Source: Octopus sinensis (lineage: Eukaryota). From it: a stretch of DNA of 64,000 nucleotides. This document shows, in pieces, positions 36,287-49,235 of this stretch (position 1 is the stretch's first letter; the number at the start of each line of letters is the position of its first letter). The DNA is taken from positions 50,530,001 to 50,594,000 of the forward strand of contig NC_043002.1 of assembly GCF_006345805.1 (NCBI RefSeq). The letters run 5' to 3'. The notes under the pieces were generated by a model. That model was not told the DNA's origin. It searched no databases and worked only from the letters and a program-made list of their open reading frames with translations. A program made the position numbers and the translations under genes.

Positions 36287-36655
36287 TAGTTTTATTTTTT
36301 ATAGCGTGCTTTCACTTCACTACCAAGCGCAGCTCTGTGTGCCTTGGGTATGTGCTGTGATTTGTTGTGATGCTCTGATGGTTATTGTATTGAACGTGTT
36401 CTGCGTAGGATGTGTGTAGTGCCTAGTAGTGCGATTTTCTGTACGTTATATGTGTTTGTAAGGCCTGGTGTTTTTGTTATGTATTTGTCTGAATATTTTT
36501 TTATCATGCCTAATGCACCTACTATGATAGGAATTGTTTCCGTTTTTAGACACCACATTCGAATTACCTCTATTTCCAGGTCTTTGTAATTTGAAAGTTT
36601 CTCCATTTCTTTTTGAGACACGTTGTCATCTGCTGGTATTGATACATCCTTTAGT
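36160..36655 (-). mobile_element. R4/Dong-like LINE 3' end with 3' UTR and (AAT)n tail
   Basis: KEMEKLSNYKDLEIEVIRMWCLKTETIPIIVGALGMIKK...QKIALLGTTHILRR..S* followed by ~100 nt of UTR and a long (AAT)n at 36185-36281. Confidence 0.88.
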
Positions 36656-36814
36656 AGTGTTTATTATTATTTTTATTATTATTATTATTATATTATTATT
36701 ATTATTATTATCATATTATTATTATCATTATTATTATTACTGTGAATTCTATTATTATCGGTTTTCAACATATAACAACAACAACAACAACAACAACAGC
36801 AACAACAATCTTTT

Positions 36815-37020
36815 CTACTATAGGCACAATAGCCTGAAATTTGAGGGCAGGTGACTAGTTGATTACATTGACATCGGCACCTGACTGACACTTATTTCAT
36901 CGACCCCAATAGGATGAACAGCAAAGTCGACTTCGGCGGAAATTGAACTCGGAACGTAGCGACAGGCGAAATACCGTTAAGCATTTCACTTGGCGTGCTA
37001 ACCATTCTTTCAGCTCCTTG
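36815..37020 (-). mobile_element. SINE family B (tail variant ...aaatttcaggc..tgtgcctatagtagaaa-(ATT/GTT)n)
   Basis: Reverse complement of the family B body with the alternative tail. Confidence 0.85.
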
Positions 37021-37025
37021 CCTTG

Positions 37026-37076
<51 letters not shown>

Positions 37077-37227
37077 TAATAATAACAATAATAATGATGA
37101 TGATGATGGGGAAGATGAAATAGCGGGCTGGTCGACAAAAGGAGTTGGTTCATTCGACTAAAAATTGAAGTTGACACCCCAGCATGATGCAGTCTAATGA
37201 CTGGAATGAGTAAAAGATAAAAGATAT

Positions 37228-37630
37228 AGTTGTGTGGTAAGTAGCTTGCTTACCAACCATATGGTTCCGGGTTCAGCCCCACTGCGTGGCACCTTGGGCA
37301 AGTGTCTTCTACTATAACCTCGGGCCGACCAAAGCCTTGTGAGTAGATTTGGTAGACGGAAACTGAAGGAAGCCCGTCGTATATACGTATATATATGTAT
37401 GTGTGTGTGTGTTTGTGTTTGTGTGTCTGTGTTTGACCCCCAACATCACTTGACAACCGATGGTGGTCCCCGTAATTTACGGTTACGTCCCCGTAACTTA
37501 GCGGTTAGGCAAAAGAGACCGATATAATAAGTACTAGGCGTACAAAGAATAAGTCCTGTGGTCGATTTGCTCGACTAAAGGCGGTGCTCCAGCATGGCCG
37601 CATTCAAATGACTGAAACAAGTAAAAGAGT
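37228..37630 (+). mobile_element. SINE family A, full length
   Basis: Complete head-core-(TG)n-tail architecture. Confidence 0.92.
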
Positions 37631-38754
37631 ATATTAAACACATTCCGGAAGCCGGTTCGTAAATATTAATGATTTGTAGGGACGCGGTATTTTGTTATGC
37701 AACAATAATAAGTTTGGTGGAGTTTGAACTCACAACATATAAATGAACGAAATGCCACTATGCATTTTGCTGTGTGTGCTAGCGGTTCTGCCGCCTAAGC
37801 AATGATTAATACTAATAATAAACAGTGTTAACAATTGTAAAAATAAAATATAAGTTAATACACATGCACACAGACACACGCACGTACACGCACATACATG
37901 TACACATACACGCAACTATATCTACTATAAGGTCGACAGCAACATCAACAACATCATTAAGAACAGCAATAGGAACAAAATATAATGAGTAAGCATAGTA
38001 TGAATATTAGCAACAAATATAGAAATACTGTGTGTGCAATACAAAATCTATAATAATAACAACAACTATAAAACTAACAACGAAATAAAGCCATGATGTC
38101 AACAACAACAATATCCTCATCATTGACGATGCTGCAACAAACAAAATCACAATACTGCCAACGGTGCAAACAAGAGAAACAACGGCAATAAAATATAAAC
38201 AAAATGGCGGCGAAAATGAAATATTCTTATTTTCTTTCGATTAATTTAACCTGGTATAAAATGACATAACTGTTCAGCAGCTCATATGTCACGTGTTCAT
38301 GGAGCTTTCTGGAATATACTCCCTTATTTTCACGTCATACAATTATATACATGTAATTTCATAAAGACACACATAAACACGCCCAAGTACGTGTATATGT
38401 ATATATATATATATGTGTATAGATATTTACATATGTGTACATATATATATGCATACATTCATATTTGAATATGCATCTATATGTATTTATGTATGTATAT
38501 TTATATGCGATAGGACCCTGCATACATTTAGAACTATATAAGTATATCCATACTGGAATATACATGAATATATGCACACATAAAAGCTCTTATTCTCTCT
38601 CTCTCTCTCCCTCCCATTCTCTGTTATTCTTATTCTCATTCCCATTCCCGCACAAAGAAGGGTACACAAAAATATACACAAAACAACATTTCCAATACAT
38701 GTATCAAAACACATTATCAAATACATTCATACACAAATATATATTCACATTAAG

Positions 38755-38806
<52 letters not shown>

Positions 38807-41003
38807 ACACACACACACACATATATACCCACCTATAGGTATATATAAATATACTGATGTATTAGGAATCATACCATTTAGTAATACATTCTTTCTAATG
38901 CACATCAACTGTCTGTAATTCACGTGTTGTAAGCTATCAAGTCTGATTCTGTGATAATGGTAAGGCAATGGAAAACAATTGGTTCTGAACCGTATAAATT
39001 ACTGCTCACAAATCTGGTTCCATTGGACAAGTGCATTCGTGAATAATGCAAAAATATCCTATATTAATATTTCTGTATAGAGTAAGGCTGTGAGTTAGCT
39101 GAATCGTCAGCACGCAGAGCTATATACTGCACAGTTTTTCGTCCGTGTTCACGTCTGAGTTCGAATTCAGCCCAAGTCGACTTTACTTTTCATCATTTCG
39201 GTGTCGACGAAATGTGGAACACTTGTCCCCCCCCCCTCCGCAATTTCTGGGATTGTGTGAAATTTTAAAACCTAAATTTTAGTAAGGAGCAATACAAGAA
39301 AATCCTTCGCTTACAGTATTTTTTTCCATCATGGCTCAATGAGAAGACTAAAGGCAAAGATCCAAGAAATTTTCCTTCAGTGACCACCGAGAATGATATA
39401 TAAAAGTGTATGGGAAAACCACTCTAATATGACATAAATCCTTCACGATGAGATTAAACAGATTGGACTCTTATAGAGAGGTACAAAAGTGGTGTCGAAT
39501 TAGACGATGGTGTAAGTTCAACACGAAACAGACACGATCCGGTCAACAGGAATTCGCTAATTTTCTATTCACCCAGCTTTATTTAAATTGCTTGTGCCGA
39601 CTTAAAGCTATCGTAGACTATACATATCTAAGGTAACGCAGTGAGATCAAATCCTAGCATAATTGAATGCTCTAGTGGTCCTCGAATATAGTTACATCTA
39701 TTTCATGAAAATATCTCAAATTTTTCGGCAGAACATTGGAAAGCTTGTGGACCAGTGGACCCTATGCTATTGTTGCATCGAGTATTAAATCTAGATGGGC
39801 AGAGTAAGATCTTCATATAGATAATTATATCGATTGCTTCATTTCTCTTAAGTGTAGTTAGGCTTCGATACGAAGGTTTCAAGGAAACCAGTATTACATA
39901 TATTACCTGAATATGATGATATTACCTGCTAACGTGCGAACAGCCTCAACCGACATGATTATTATTTGGTACATATTTAAATGACTTTATGAAGTGCGAT
40001 CTACCGAAAATAAAAATCCCTTTAAAAGTTATTAAATCTTGAACATATATTTTAAGCTTTTTGTATTTTATGGAATAAATCGTATATTCTATTGAAATGG
40101 AATAGAATGTCTACTCTTTACAATGTATTACATATTCTGTACAATATATATCGTATACCCTATATACTATATTGTGTACGTTCTACAGAATAAATAAATG
40201 CAGCGAAGAGACAGAACCGTTAGAACGTTGAACTAAATTTTTCACAGTATTTATTCCAACTATACGCGCTGAGTTCAAAACAATCCGACATTGATCTTGC
40301 TCTTCATTTTTTCGAACTCGATAAAACAAGTACCAGTTGATGGCAGTGGATTAGTGGAACCATTTAAAGTGTCGGGGTGATACCTTGCGATATTTGTTCC
40401 TCCGCTTTAATTTCTAAATGCAACACTTGAAATATTACTGGTATCAAACTATATCGGTCTTTAGATATATCTGTTACATTCTACAGAATAATTTGTTCAC
40501 ATTTTTAATGACACCAGTACTAAAAATATCTTACAATGTTAAATAAAGTATTTTGCTTTGGGACGGTCATACTGCCAGAAAGCAAACACACACACGCACA
40601 CACTGGTTAAGGTTTGACCTTCAGTTTTCTTACAATTTCATTTGATAATTGACCAACTGATCAATTGGTTAAGCGATTTATCTGTCAAAGTCCTTTCTTC
40701 ACAGCCTATGACTTTATCAATAACTATGTACCCCTCAATCATTTCTTTTTCCTCAGCGTTTATTTCATGTTTCCTGTTTATCTCAGGAGTTTAGTGAGAT
40801 ATAAATATTTAGTTTGTGATTTTAAAAATTTTGCAACAAAGCCATGCATTTGTAATCTCCTTTAAAAAATTTTATGCAATTCTTTCTTCCTAAAATAGTA
40901 TAACCCTGAAATTCTTCATCCATGTTTTGCCACACAATTTAATCTGTAGAAGTTCAAAGATGACGATTGGATGCACAAAGGATGTTACCAGTACTTATTT
41001 TAC

Positions 41004-41119
41004 TTTGAGTAGGAAAGACAACACCCCCTTTCTTTTTCTGCCATTATCGCTCGACAAATGGTGACCGTTAATAACAAGCGAATCAAATTCTTCCTTTATT
41101 AACAATTTGGTCCTTTCAC
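41004..41119 (-). other. Candidate internal coding exon (unidentified protein)
   Basis: Acceptor aattttatcattttcag|G and donor AAA|gtaaaa. The 116 nt are open in one frame only: ERTKLLIKEEFDSLVINGHHLSSDNGRKRKGVLSFLLK. No homology recognised. Confidence 0.22.
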
Positions 41120-41819
41120 CTGAAAATGATAAAATTGCTGTCAGATTTGGATCTCCTTCAGATACAGGCCTATTCAATCAAAGTTGATCTGGTGTTGAGC
41201 AACAGCTAAAAACCGAATCTTGAAAGACTGGTGAGGGCCTGCTTCGACATGTACAAAATATTGTATTTAATAGTATTCTTGTCTCTCATTCAGTTCGGAA
41301 ATACCAACATTATTTCTTTTGTCTTACGAGTGTCTTTCTCCGTAATACCGAAAACCCTTTCCTGAGTGCGGTAATTTTCCTTTTTTTTTTTTTTATCAAT
41401 ACACAAACTACGTATAATGATGAATATATAATACGCTACGTGTATATATACTATTTTTGCGAGTAACATTTAACCATTTGAAGCTGTTGAATTTGTCCGA
41501 ATTTATATGATTTACTTTCGAAATCATTCGACACGAGTTCTAAATTATTCGACACGGGATGGAGTCGTTCGGTTTGTTTTTAGTATTCGAAAGTTTGCTT
41601 TACCTTCTTCTTTGACTGATAATGCTTAATCGATATTTTTATGTTCATAAATTCTAATAATCAAATTAATATAAGGTACATATTAAGAGAAGTAATAAAA
41701 CCTGTATAATACTTGGGGAGAATTAAAAAAATATTTTCCCTGTTATTTTATTTACATCCTCATACACTGATTAGCAACTTACATCATGAGCATTATTCAA
41801 TAATGCCCCCAGCTGCAGT

Positions 41820-42830
41820 AGTATTAGTTGTAGTAGTCCTTTCTGCTATAGGCACAAGACCTGAAATCGTGGAGGACCGGATTAGTCGACCCCAAACAAC
41901 AACAGCAATAATAATCCTTTCTACTAAAGGCACAAAGCCTGAAGTGTTGGGGAAAGGAACAAGTCAATTACATCGACCCAATATTTCACTGCTACTTAAT
42001 TTATCGACCCCCAAAAGGATGAATGGCAAAATCGACCTCGGCAGAATTTGAACTCAGAACGTAGCAACGGACGTACTAATGATTCTACCAGTACACCGCC
42101 TTAATAATAATTATTATTTCAAATTTTTGTCACAAGGGCAGCTTGAGGTAGGTGGGCATGAGTCAATTACATCGATCACAGTTCCACTGGTAATTATTTT
42201 AACGACTCCGAAAGGATGAAAGGCAGTCAACTTCGGTGGAATTTGAACTCAGAATGTAGCGACGAGCGAAATACCTATTTTTATTTCTTTACTACCCACA
42301 AGGGGCTAAACACAGATGGGACAAACAAGGAAAGACAAACGGATTAAGTTGATAATATCGACCCCAGTACGTAACTGGTACTTATTTAATCGACCCCGAA
42401 AGGATGAAAGGCAAAGTCGACCTCAGAACGTAGCGGCAGACGAAATGCCGCTAAGCATTTTGCCTGGCGTGCTAATTATTCTACCAGCTCACCACCTTAA
42501 TAATAATAATAATAATAATAATAATGATACTTTCTACTATAGGCACGGGACCTGAAATTTATGGGGTAGGGGACTAGGCGATTACATCGTGTTCGACTTT
42601 GCCTTTCATCCTTCGGGATCGATAAATTAAGTACCAGTAAAACACCGGGGTCGATGTAATCAACTAGACACCTCCCCTCCAAATTTGAGGCATTGTGCCT
42701 TAAGTAGAAAGGATTATCAATATTAAGGGAGTGAGCTGGTACAATCGTTAGCACGATGGGCAAAATGCTTAGCGGTTCTGAGTTCAAATTCCGCCGATGT
42801 CAACTTTGCCTTTCATCCTTTCGGTAGAAA
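41820..42830. mobile_element. Nested/tandem cluster of at least five SINE family B copies in both orientations
   Basis: Repeated tcgacccc.aaaggatgaaaggcaaagtcgacc and atcgattacatcgacccc modules separated by (AAT)n. Confidence 0.85.
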
Positions 42831-42989
42831 AACAAAAAGGCGGGATGATCATAGTTGGAACATTTTTGATTAAGAGTTTATTCAAGATCGTCTGAGCAAG
42901 GGTGTAAATATTGTTAATGCCACAATTAATAAATAAATATCTTGACACCACTTTCGCAACAACACTACCACCGCAACATAGTGTAACCT

Positions 42990-43066
42990 CCACACTCACA
43001 TGAGCAATACAACTAGTACCAATACCAACATCACATCCTACAGCACTACTCCTGCTATTCTCACTG

Positions 43067-43097
<31 letters not shown>

Positions 43098-43910
43098 CAC
43101 CATTACACACCACTACCACCATCACCACCACCACCAACAACAACAACAGCAACAACACTACTGTCGCCGCCGCCGCCTTCACCACCACTATCACTACAAC
43201 TACTACTACTACTAGCACTGCAGCTGCTGCCACAAATGATTGTGATGATGATGACGACGATGGTGATGACGATGTTACAATTCTCACCGTTCTAATCGCT
43301 GCCAGCGCTGCCATCAGCAGCATTATCACAGCACCTTTAAACTTCATTCCGACCGAACACGAGGGTGACGACGGTGGGGCAACTGGGCCAATTCCATAAC
43401 CCTATCACTATATCACCCCCCACCACAACCATCATCACCTCAACCGTTACCTTTTCAAATACTACCTCGCCCGCCTCCTTCACTACCATAACCGGGACAC
43501 CTATGTCTTCATTAAAACAAAAGTCGATGACACGAGCACCAGTCTCCGCCGCCGCCGTCATCGCCATCAACTCCACTAACACCACACCCAACGCCACCAA
43601 AACCACCACCACCACCACCACCACCGCTGTCATCGCCACCGCCTTATAAAAGAAAAAATATAGAAGTTTGAAAAATGTGACAATAAAACTCAATACAGAC
43701 GAAATTTTCTTGGAGCAAAAAATATAAATAAGTACGAAAATATAGTTTAAATTCATACACAAGAAAATAGACAAAAAAAAAAAACAATCAAGCAACCAAA
43801 ATAAAAGCAAGACATATACGCATATGTACACGTTCACATGTATTATATATACATGCGTGTGTGTGTTTGTGTTTGAGTGTGTGTTGTGTGAATGTGTCTG
43901 AATGTGTGTG

Positions 43911-43945
<35 letters not shown>

Positions 43946-43990
43946 ATGTATATATATGTAAGTATGTGTATGTATGTATGTATGTATGTA

Positions 43991-44026
<36 letters not shown>

Positions 44027-44152
44027 TGTATGTATATGTATGTATGTATGTATACATGCATGTATGTATGTATATGTATGTATGTATGTATGCATGCATG
44101 TATGTATGTATGTATATATATGTATGTATATGTATGTATGTATGTATGCATG

Positions 44153-44188
<36 letters not shown>

Positions 44189-44210
44189 TGTATGTATGTA
44201 TGTATGCATG
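42990..44210. repeat. Compound microsatellite tract ((CTA),(CAC),(CAA))n then (TG)n/(ATGT)n
   Basis: Source of ORFs 42784..43347 and 43337..44209. Confidence 0.9.
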
Positions 44211-44632
44211 AATGTATGTATATTCCATCTAATTGGTTTCGTAGGAGCTAATTAACAAAAATACTGATAATTAGATGATTTTCAAAGATTCCCGTACCGA
44301 TTATTGCTTTATTTATCTTTATTCGTACTTGCATATAAGCTCTTACACACACACACATACACGAGCATATATATATATATATATACACACATATGCATAC
44401 ATATATGTATACGTACACCCGCGCACACACATACATATGCACACATATAAGTATACACACACACACTGCTACATATATACTCACACACACACAGAAGTAC
44501 AAGCATACTGTTCAGTAGCAACCATAGATAAATAGAATACATAAATGAGGTACCAGTCGCTGAACTCTTTTCCAACAATTATCTATCGAACAAGACTGCG
44601 TTTATCGTTTCGATTCTTGGCATTATATATAT

Positions 44633-44997
44633 ACTAGCAGTATCGCCCGGCGTTGCTCGGGTTTGTAAGGGAAATAACTATAAAGCATTTTTAGAGAGTT
44701 ATAGCCAAAAAATAGCAAAAAAATGGAAAAAAATTATGGTAAATTTTTTTGAGAGTTAAAAAGGTCGAGTTGCGTCCCCTAGACAGTCTGTGGTTTGTGT
44801 TTCTGATTCTCGACCCCATGTCGAATTTATCGACTTTTTTCAGAACTGGGGGAACTTTTCAAAATTTTCGCTGCGTTAGTTTGGATTATGACATTGGGCT
44901 ATGTGTGTGTCAAGTTTCATCAGAATCGGTTGAAAGCTGTGGTCAGGGTGAGGGTACAACCTGACAGACACACAGACACACAGACAGACAAACTGCC

Positions 44998-45003
<6 letters not shown>
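44633..45003 (+). mobile_element. Non-autonomous Helitron-like (Lep1-type) element
   Basis: 5' ACTAGCAGTATCGCCCGGCGTTGCTCGGG, internal caagtttcatcagaatcggttgaaagctgtgg, (ACAG)n and 3' aaactgccgttttata into (TA)n. This architecture is typical of invertebrate non-autonomous Helitrons. Confidence 0.72.
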
Positions 45004-45053
<50 letters not shown>

Positions 45054-45409
45054 TTAGCCTTTAAATGACGCCACCCCGCTGGCTAAGTGAGCAGGCCAAC
45101 AGAAGAAAGAGCGAGAGAAAGTTGCGGCGAAAGAGTACAGCAGGGATCGCCACCATCCCCTGCCGGAGCCTCATGGAGCTATAGGTGTTTTGGCTCAATA
45201 AACACTCACAATGCCCGGTCTAGGAATCGAAACCGCGATCCTACGACCGGGCCATTGCGCCTCCATATATATATATATAAATATATCGTGAGCTGAAACT
45301 AGAATCAATCATATATATATATACATGTATATATATATATATTCACCTACGTATATATATGTATATGAATTCATAAGTATTTTTATATTCGTTTGAGAGA
45401 ACTCCAAAT

Positions 45410-46085
45410 ATATATATATTTTTTCAATAGTGGATCTCATATAGAATTATAAATATCATATAAATATTGGGTTATAAACGCTGCTTTCAACAGAAAAAGT
45501 TGAAAATACATTTCCTGTAGCAGTTATGACATTTAGACATTTATTCTACAAAGTAATACTTCAGTTTTCTCAATCCATTTCAGAAATTTCATTTTTATCA
45601 CCAAGAATTATGTTGGCGTTATTAGAATTTTTATGAAATTCCAAGAGATAGAGAGAGTGAAATATTTTTTTTTTGAAAAGTGGATCTCGAAGCTCATAGA
45701 ATTATAGATAACAGCATGTAAATATTGGTTTAAATTACTTTTTTCGACAGAAAAAATATAAGGCTGCCCTTGGAACTCGAACCCACATTTGCTCTAGACA
45801 AGCATTCTACAAAATTATACTTCAAGTTTCTTTATCTATTTCAGATATTTTTATTACCAATAATTATGTTGTTGGTGTCATTTGAGCTTTTATAAAATTT
45901 CGAGAAAGTTGAAATAATTCATTTTTGGAATAGTGGATCTCGATGCGCATAAAATTCTAAATAATAACAAATAAATATCCGGTTAAAAATCCCTTTTGGA
46001 AGGAAGGAATAAGTCGAATGCTTCCCTTAGGATTCGAACCCACATCTCCAGTAAAGACGACAGTATTTCACTCAAATATTTACAT
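45410..46085. repeat. Diverged ~250-bp tandem repeat (about 2.7 units)
   Basis: Anchor AGTGGATCTC at 45429, 45679 and 45932; GGAWYTCGAACCCACAT at 45772 and 46030. Confidence 0.8.
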
Positions 46086-46517
46086 GCAATTATCTATAGC
46101 TTTATAAAACTATATGGCATAAATAAATTTGAATATATTGACAATTCTGATTTCTAAAATTCATTAAAAATTTATTAAACATGATTCATGCAAAAAAGTC
46201 AATTAATGTAAAGCATATTAAATTTAATAAGAAAAACATGCAAAAATGTTTTGGCAAGTATTTATAAATGTAATATTATATTATGTAATCGTTTCCCGAC
46301 GAGTTAATATGAATTAAAAATGCAGACCAATTTATTTTTAGTGGTACAATATTGTGGGCATGTACATATAATCTTAATATCTGCTGGTGAAGAAGAGGTA
46401 CAATGTAGTGGTATTATGGTTCTGTTACAAGAGGTTATACCACCTGATAACATTGAATTTAGAATACAAATAAACATGTGCGTTTTCTGGGTTAAATGGA
46501 GAAACGCCTACGAATAC

Positions 46518-46735
46518 GGCGCGCTGGCAGAATCGTTAGCACGCCGGAGGAACTGCTAAGTGGTAATTCGTCTACCGTTACGTTCTGAGTTCAAATTCCG
46601 CCGAGGTCAACTTTGCTTTTCATTCTTTTGGGGTCGATTAAATAACTACCAGTTACGCCGTGGGGTCGATGTAATCAGCTCAATTTCTTTGTCTGTCCCC
46701 TCAGTGTTTAGCTCTCTGTGGGTAATAAATAAATA
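46518..46735 (+). mobile_element. SINE family B, full length
   Basis: Matches 12325-12557 and 55877-56106. Confidence 0.9.
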
Positions 46736-47299
46736 ATAATTATAAGCTTAAAACTTATAAGCGATCACTGAGTATTGGACATATAAGCCCTCGACACCCA
46801 CTCTTTTCTGTCAGGGGCTTCTATGGCTCAATATTAGAATATTTTGTTTAACCAATACATGGTGGTCGCTTATAAATTTAAGCTTATAACAATAATTATT
46901 ATTGAATTTAGTGTTTCAAGCCTTCTTTCGCCCTTCGATGAGAGACAGCATGTCAGTCCATCATTCGTAGGTGTATGTATGTATATATGTATGTGTAAAC
47001 ACACACACATATACAGATGAGATCCAGGGATGCTCAATGTAGAAAACACCACTTAGTAGCGCTCAAATGATTTGAACTTTTTTTTAAACTCCGAAATCTT
47101 CATCAAGGACTAAGTCCTATAAGAGGAATCAAAGTGAACAGTTATAGAGGCAATGATGCAAATAAACAAATAAACCTGTAAATAGAGAGAAGCAAAGACC
47201 GAAAATATTCAGAGGATGAATATTCATGCATAAATATATATATATTTGTATATTAACTGAACAGATTTATACACAGTGCAAAGATACAAAAAACACTAA

Positions 47300-48350
47300 G
47301 GTGAGAAGGTAGAGCATTACAGGTCCGACAGCTGTTTCTGGGGCCTCGGAATTACGTCATAATTTTGGTAGATATTGTCTTAAAACGTCAAGGATATGCA
47401 ACTATGAGGGATGTATATAAACATTAGATAAAACTGTCTTCAGGGTGGAGAGACTGGTATCTAACATTTCAGATCATAATGCAAGGAAATTTAAAGATAG
47501 AATGGGTGAAGAGGAAGGCCAATGGAAGTAGATGGAGGAACAGCGTAGGCGGCTCGAAGGCGTATGGGAAGTGATAGGAGATATAGTTATAGATACCTGT
47601 AAGGTATCTATAACTGTATCTCCTATCGAAGAATGAAAGTGGTTTCACGGCGGAGGGAGAGAACTGAAGTAGGTAGAAATGTATGAGAGTAAACAGAGAG
47701 GGAGAGAGGGAGTGATAGGTTGGTAGGAAAGGCAAGGGGTAGGTAATGCTAAGTGTTGTTGTTGAAGGAGAAGCTAGGAAGAGAAGGGGAAGGAATTCGA
47801 AGTATGAGAATGGTGTGACGGCAAAGGAGGATGTGCTAGGTAAGAAGAATCGAAAGACACACACACACACACACATATATGATAGATGGGGGTATAAATA
47901 GAAGGGATATGTTGTTAATGCGGCTAAGTTGTAACTTAAATTTGTATCGTAATTAGGGAATTCTATAGATTTTACATAATGAGCAAAAGATGAGTAGGTT
48001 TTGTGTTCACATGAAAAGATTAAATCTGAGAATCTATTAAGTAATGAGTGGTTGTGGTTGAGAAGGTTAGCGGACGATTCCCTTAAACACAGTTTACAAA
48101 CCCCGAGGTTAGTTTTGTAAGGGGGACTCTCAGAGATAATGGACCAGGATAGGGTACAGGGAATGTTTTGGAACCTGAAGTCGAGTTGTTAGAGAGGTAG
48201 ATAGTTAAGAAGTTCTATTGGAAAAAAGAATATGTGCTCGGTAGCGACGCTTAAAATCGACAGCGTCGCCAAAGTTAACCCTTGCCTGGTGGGAGCATGG
48301 GTTACTACCCGCTTATTTGTAGGCTACATTTTTGCAAAGACGAAGACCAT
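47300..48350 (-). mobile_element. Degraded Penelope-like element (Nematis-type endonuclease C-terminus + 3' region)
   Basis: Minus translation ...DFKRRYRAH.../...LSWSIISESPPYKTNLGVCKLCLRES...LLNRFSDLIFSCEHK shows the W.I...PY...C.LCL.E...LLN.RSE...C.H pattern. The downstream gaaacagctgtc at ~47330-47342 resembles a hammerhead stem III relic. Confidence 0.7.
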
Positions 48351-49165
48351 GTCAGACTGTGTAGCACTTTAACAGGGAACCAAATCACGTGGTGAAGGTG
48401 GTGGTGGAGATGGAGGAGTAGATAATCGCGTTTGCCCTTCTCCTATACTACATCTCTGTGTTCCTGAGACTATTGAAATTATATAATTTTATAGATGAAA
48501 ATGTGTTGTTTATGCCGACAATAACAACCAGACTGTTTAACATTTAGTTGATCGTGTACTATGCTGTTTTACTCACAAGACAACCGGACTTTAAAACTTG
48601 GACATAAGTATTATCAGAAGTCAAAAACCATGCATTCATTCACAGGTTCACATACACTCCTATGTATACAATATGTACACTCACATTTATACACGAACGC
48701 AAACACACATCCATATCCCAAGCACACGAGATTCGCAAACCGGCGACACTATATACTATACAAAACGTTTAGAGAAAGTGCATCCTTGCATCCCAGCGTG
48801 CAACATTGCTGTCAATAGATCATGTATATCACCAATGTTATATCGACCAAAAACTGTCACACACCCTATTACTCACTTCAACTGTATTTTGCATTTTATT
48901 TCTATAATTTTTGTGTTTGTTTCTTCATGTGTTTTCTTTTTACTGTTATTTGGAAACTCCACGTTGCATGACTTATTTATTTAATTATTTGTTTGCTTGC
49001 TTGCTTGTTCATTTATTTATTTACTTATTTATTTATTTTGGTGTAGCTGTACTTGGTTGCTACTTTTTCAAAGAGTACAAATATAGGGAATAAAACATTG
49101 TGATTAGCTAGATCACACCCATATCCACCAGCTCGCATACACACACATACAAACGTATATCTATC

Positions 49166-49199
<34 letters not shown>

Positions 49200-49235
49200 C
49201 ACACACACACAGTAGCATATATGTGTGTGCGTGTA

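Noticed and set aside
41162-41230. Plus-strand 69-nt exon candidate with good acceptor and donor
   Set aside because: Stop codons in all three frames.
43337-44255. Multiple HTYI/MYVC-repeat ORFs (also 15.6-16.3, 53.0-53.6 and 60.1-61.8 kb)
   Set aside because: (CATA)n/(TA)n microsatellite artefacts.
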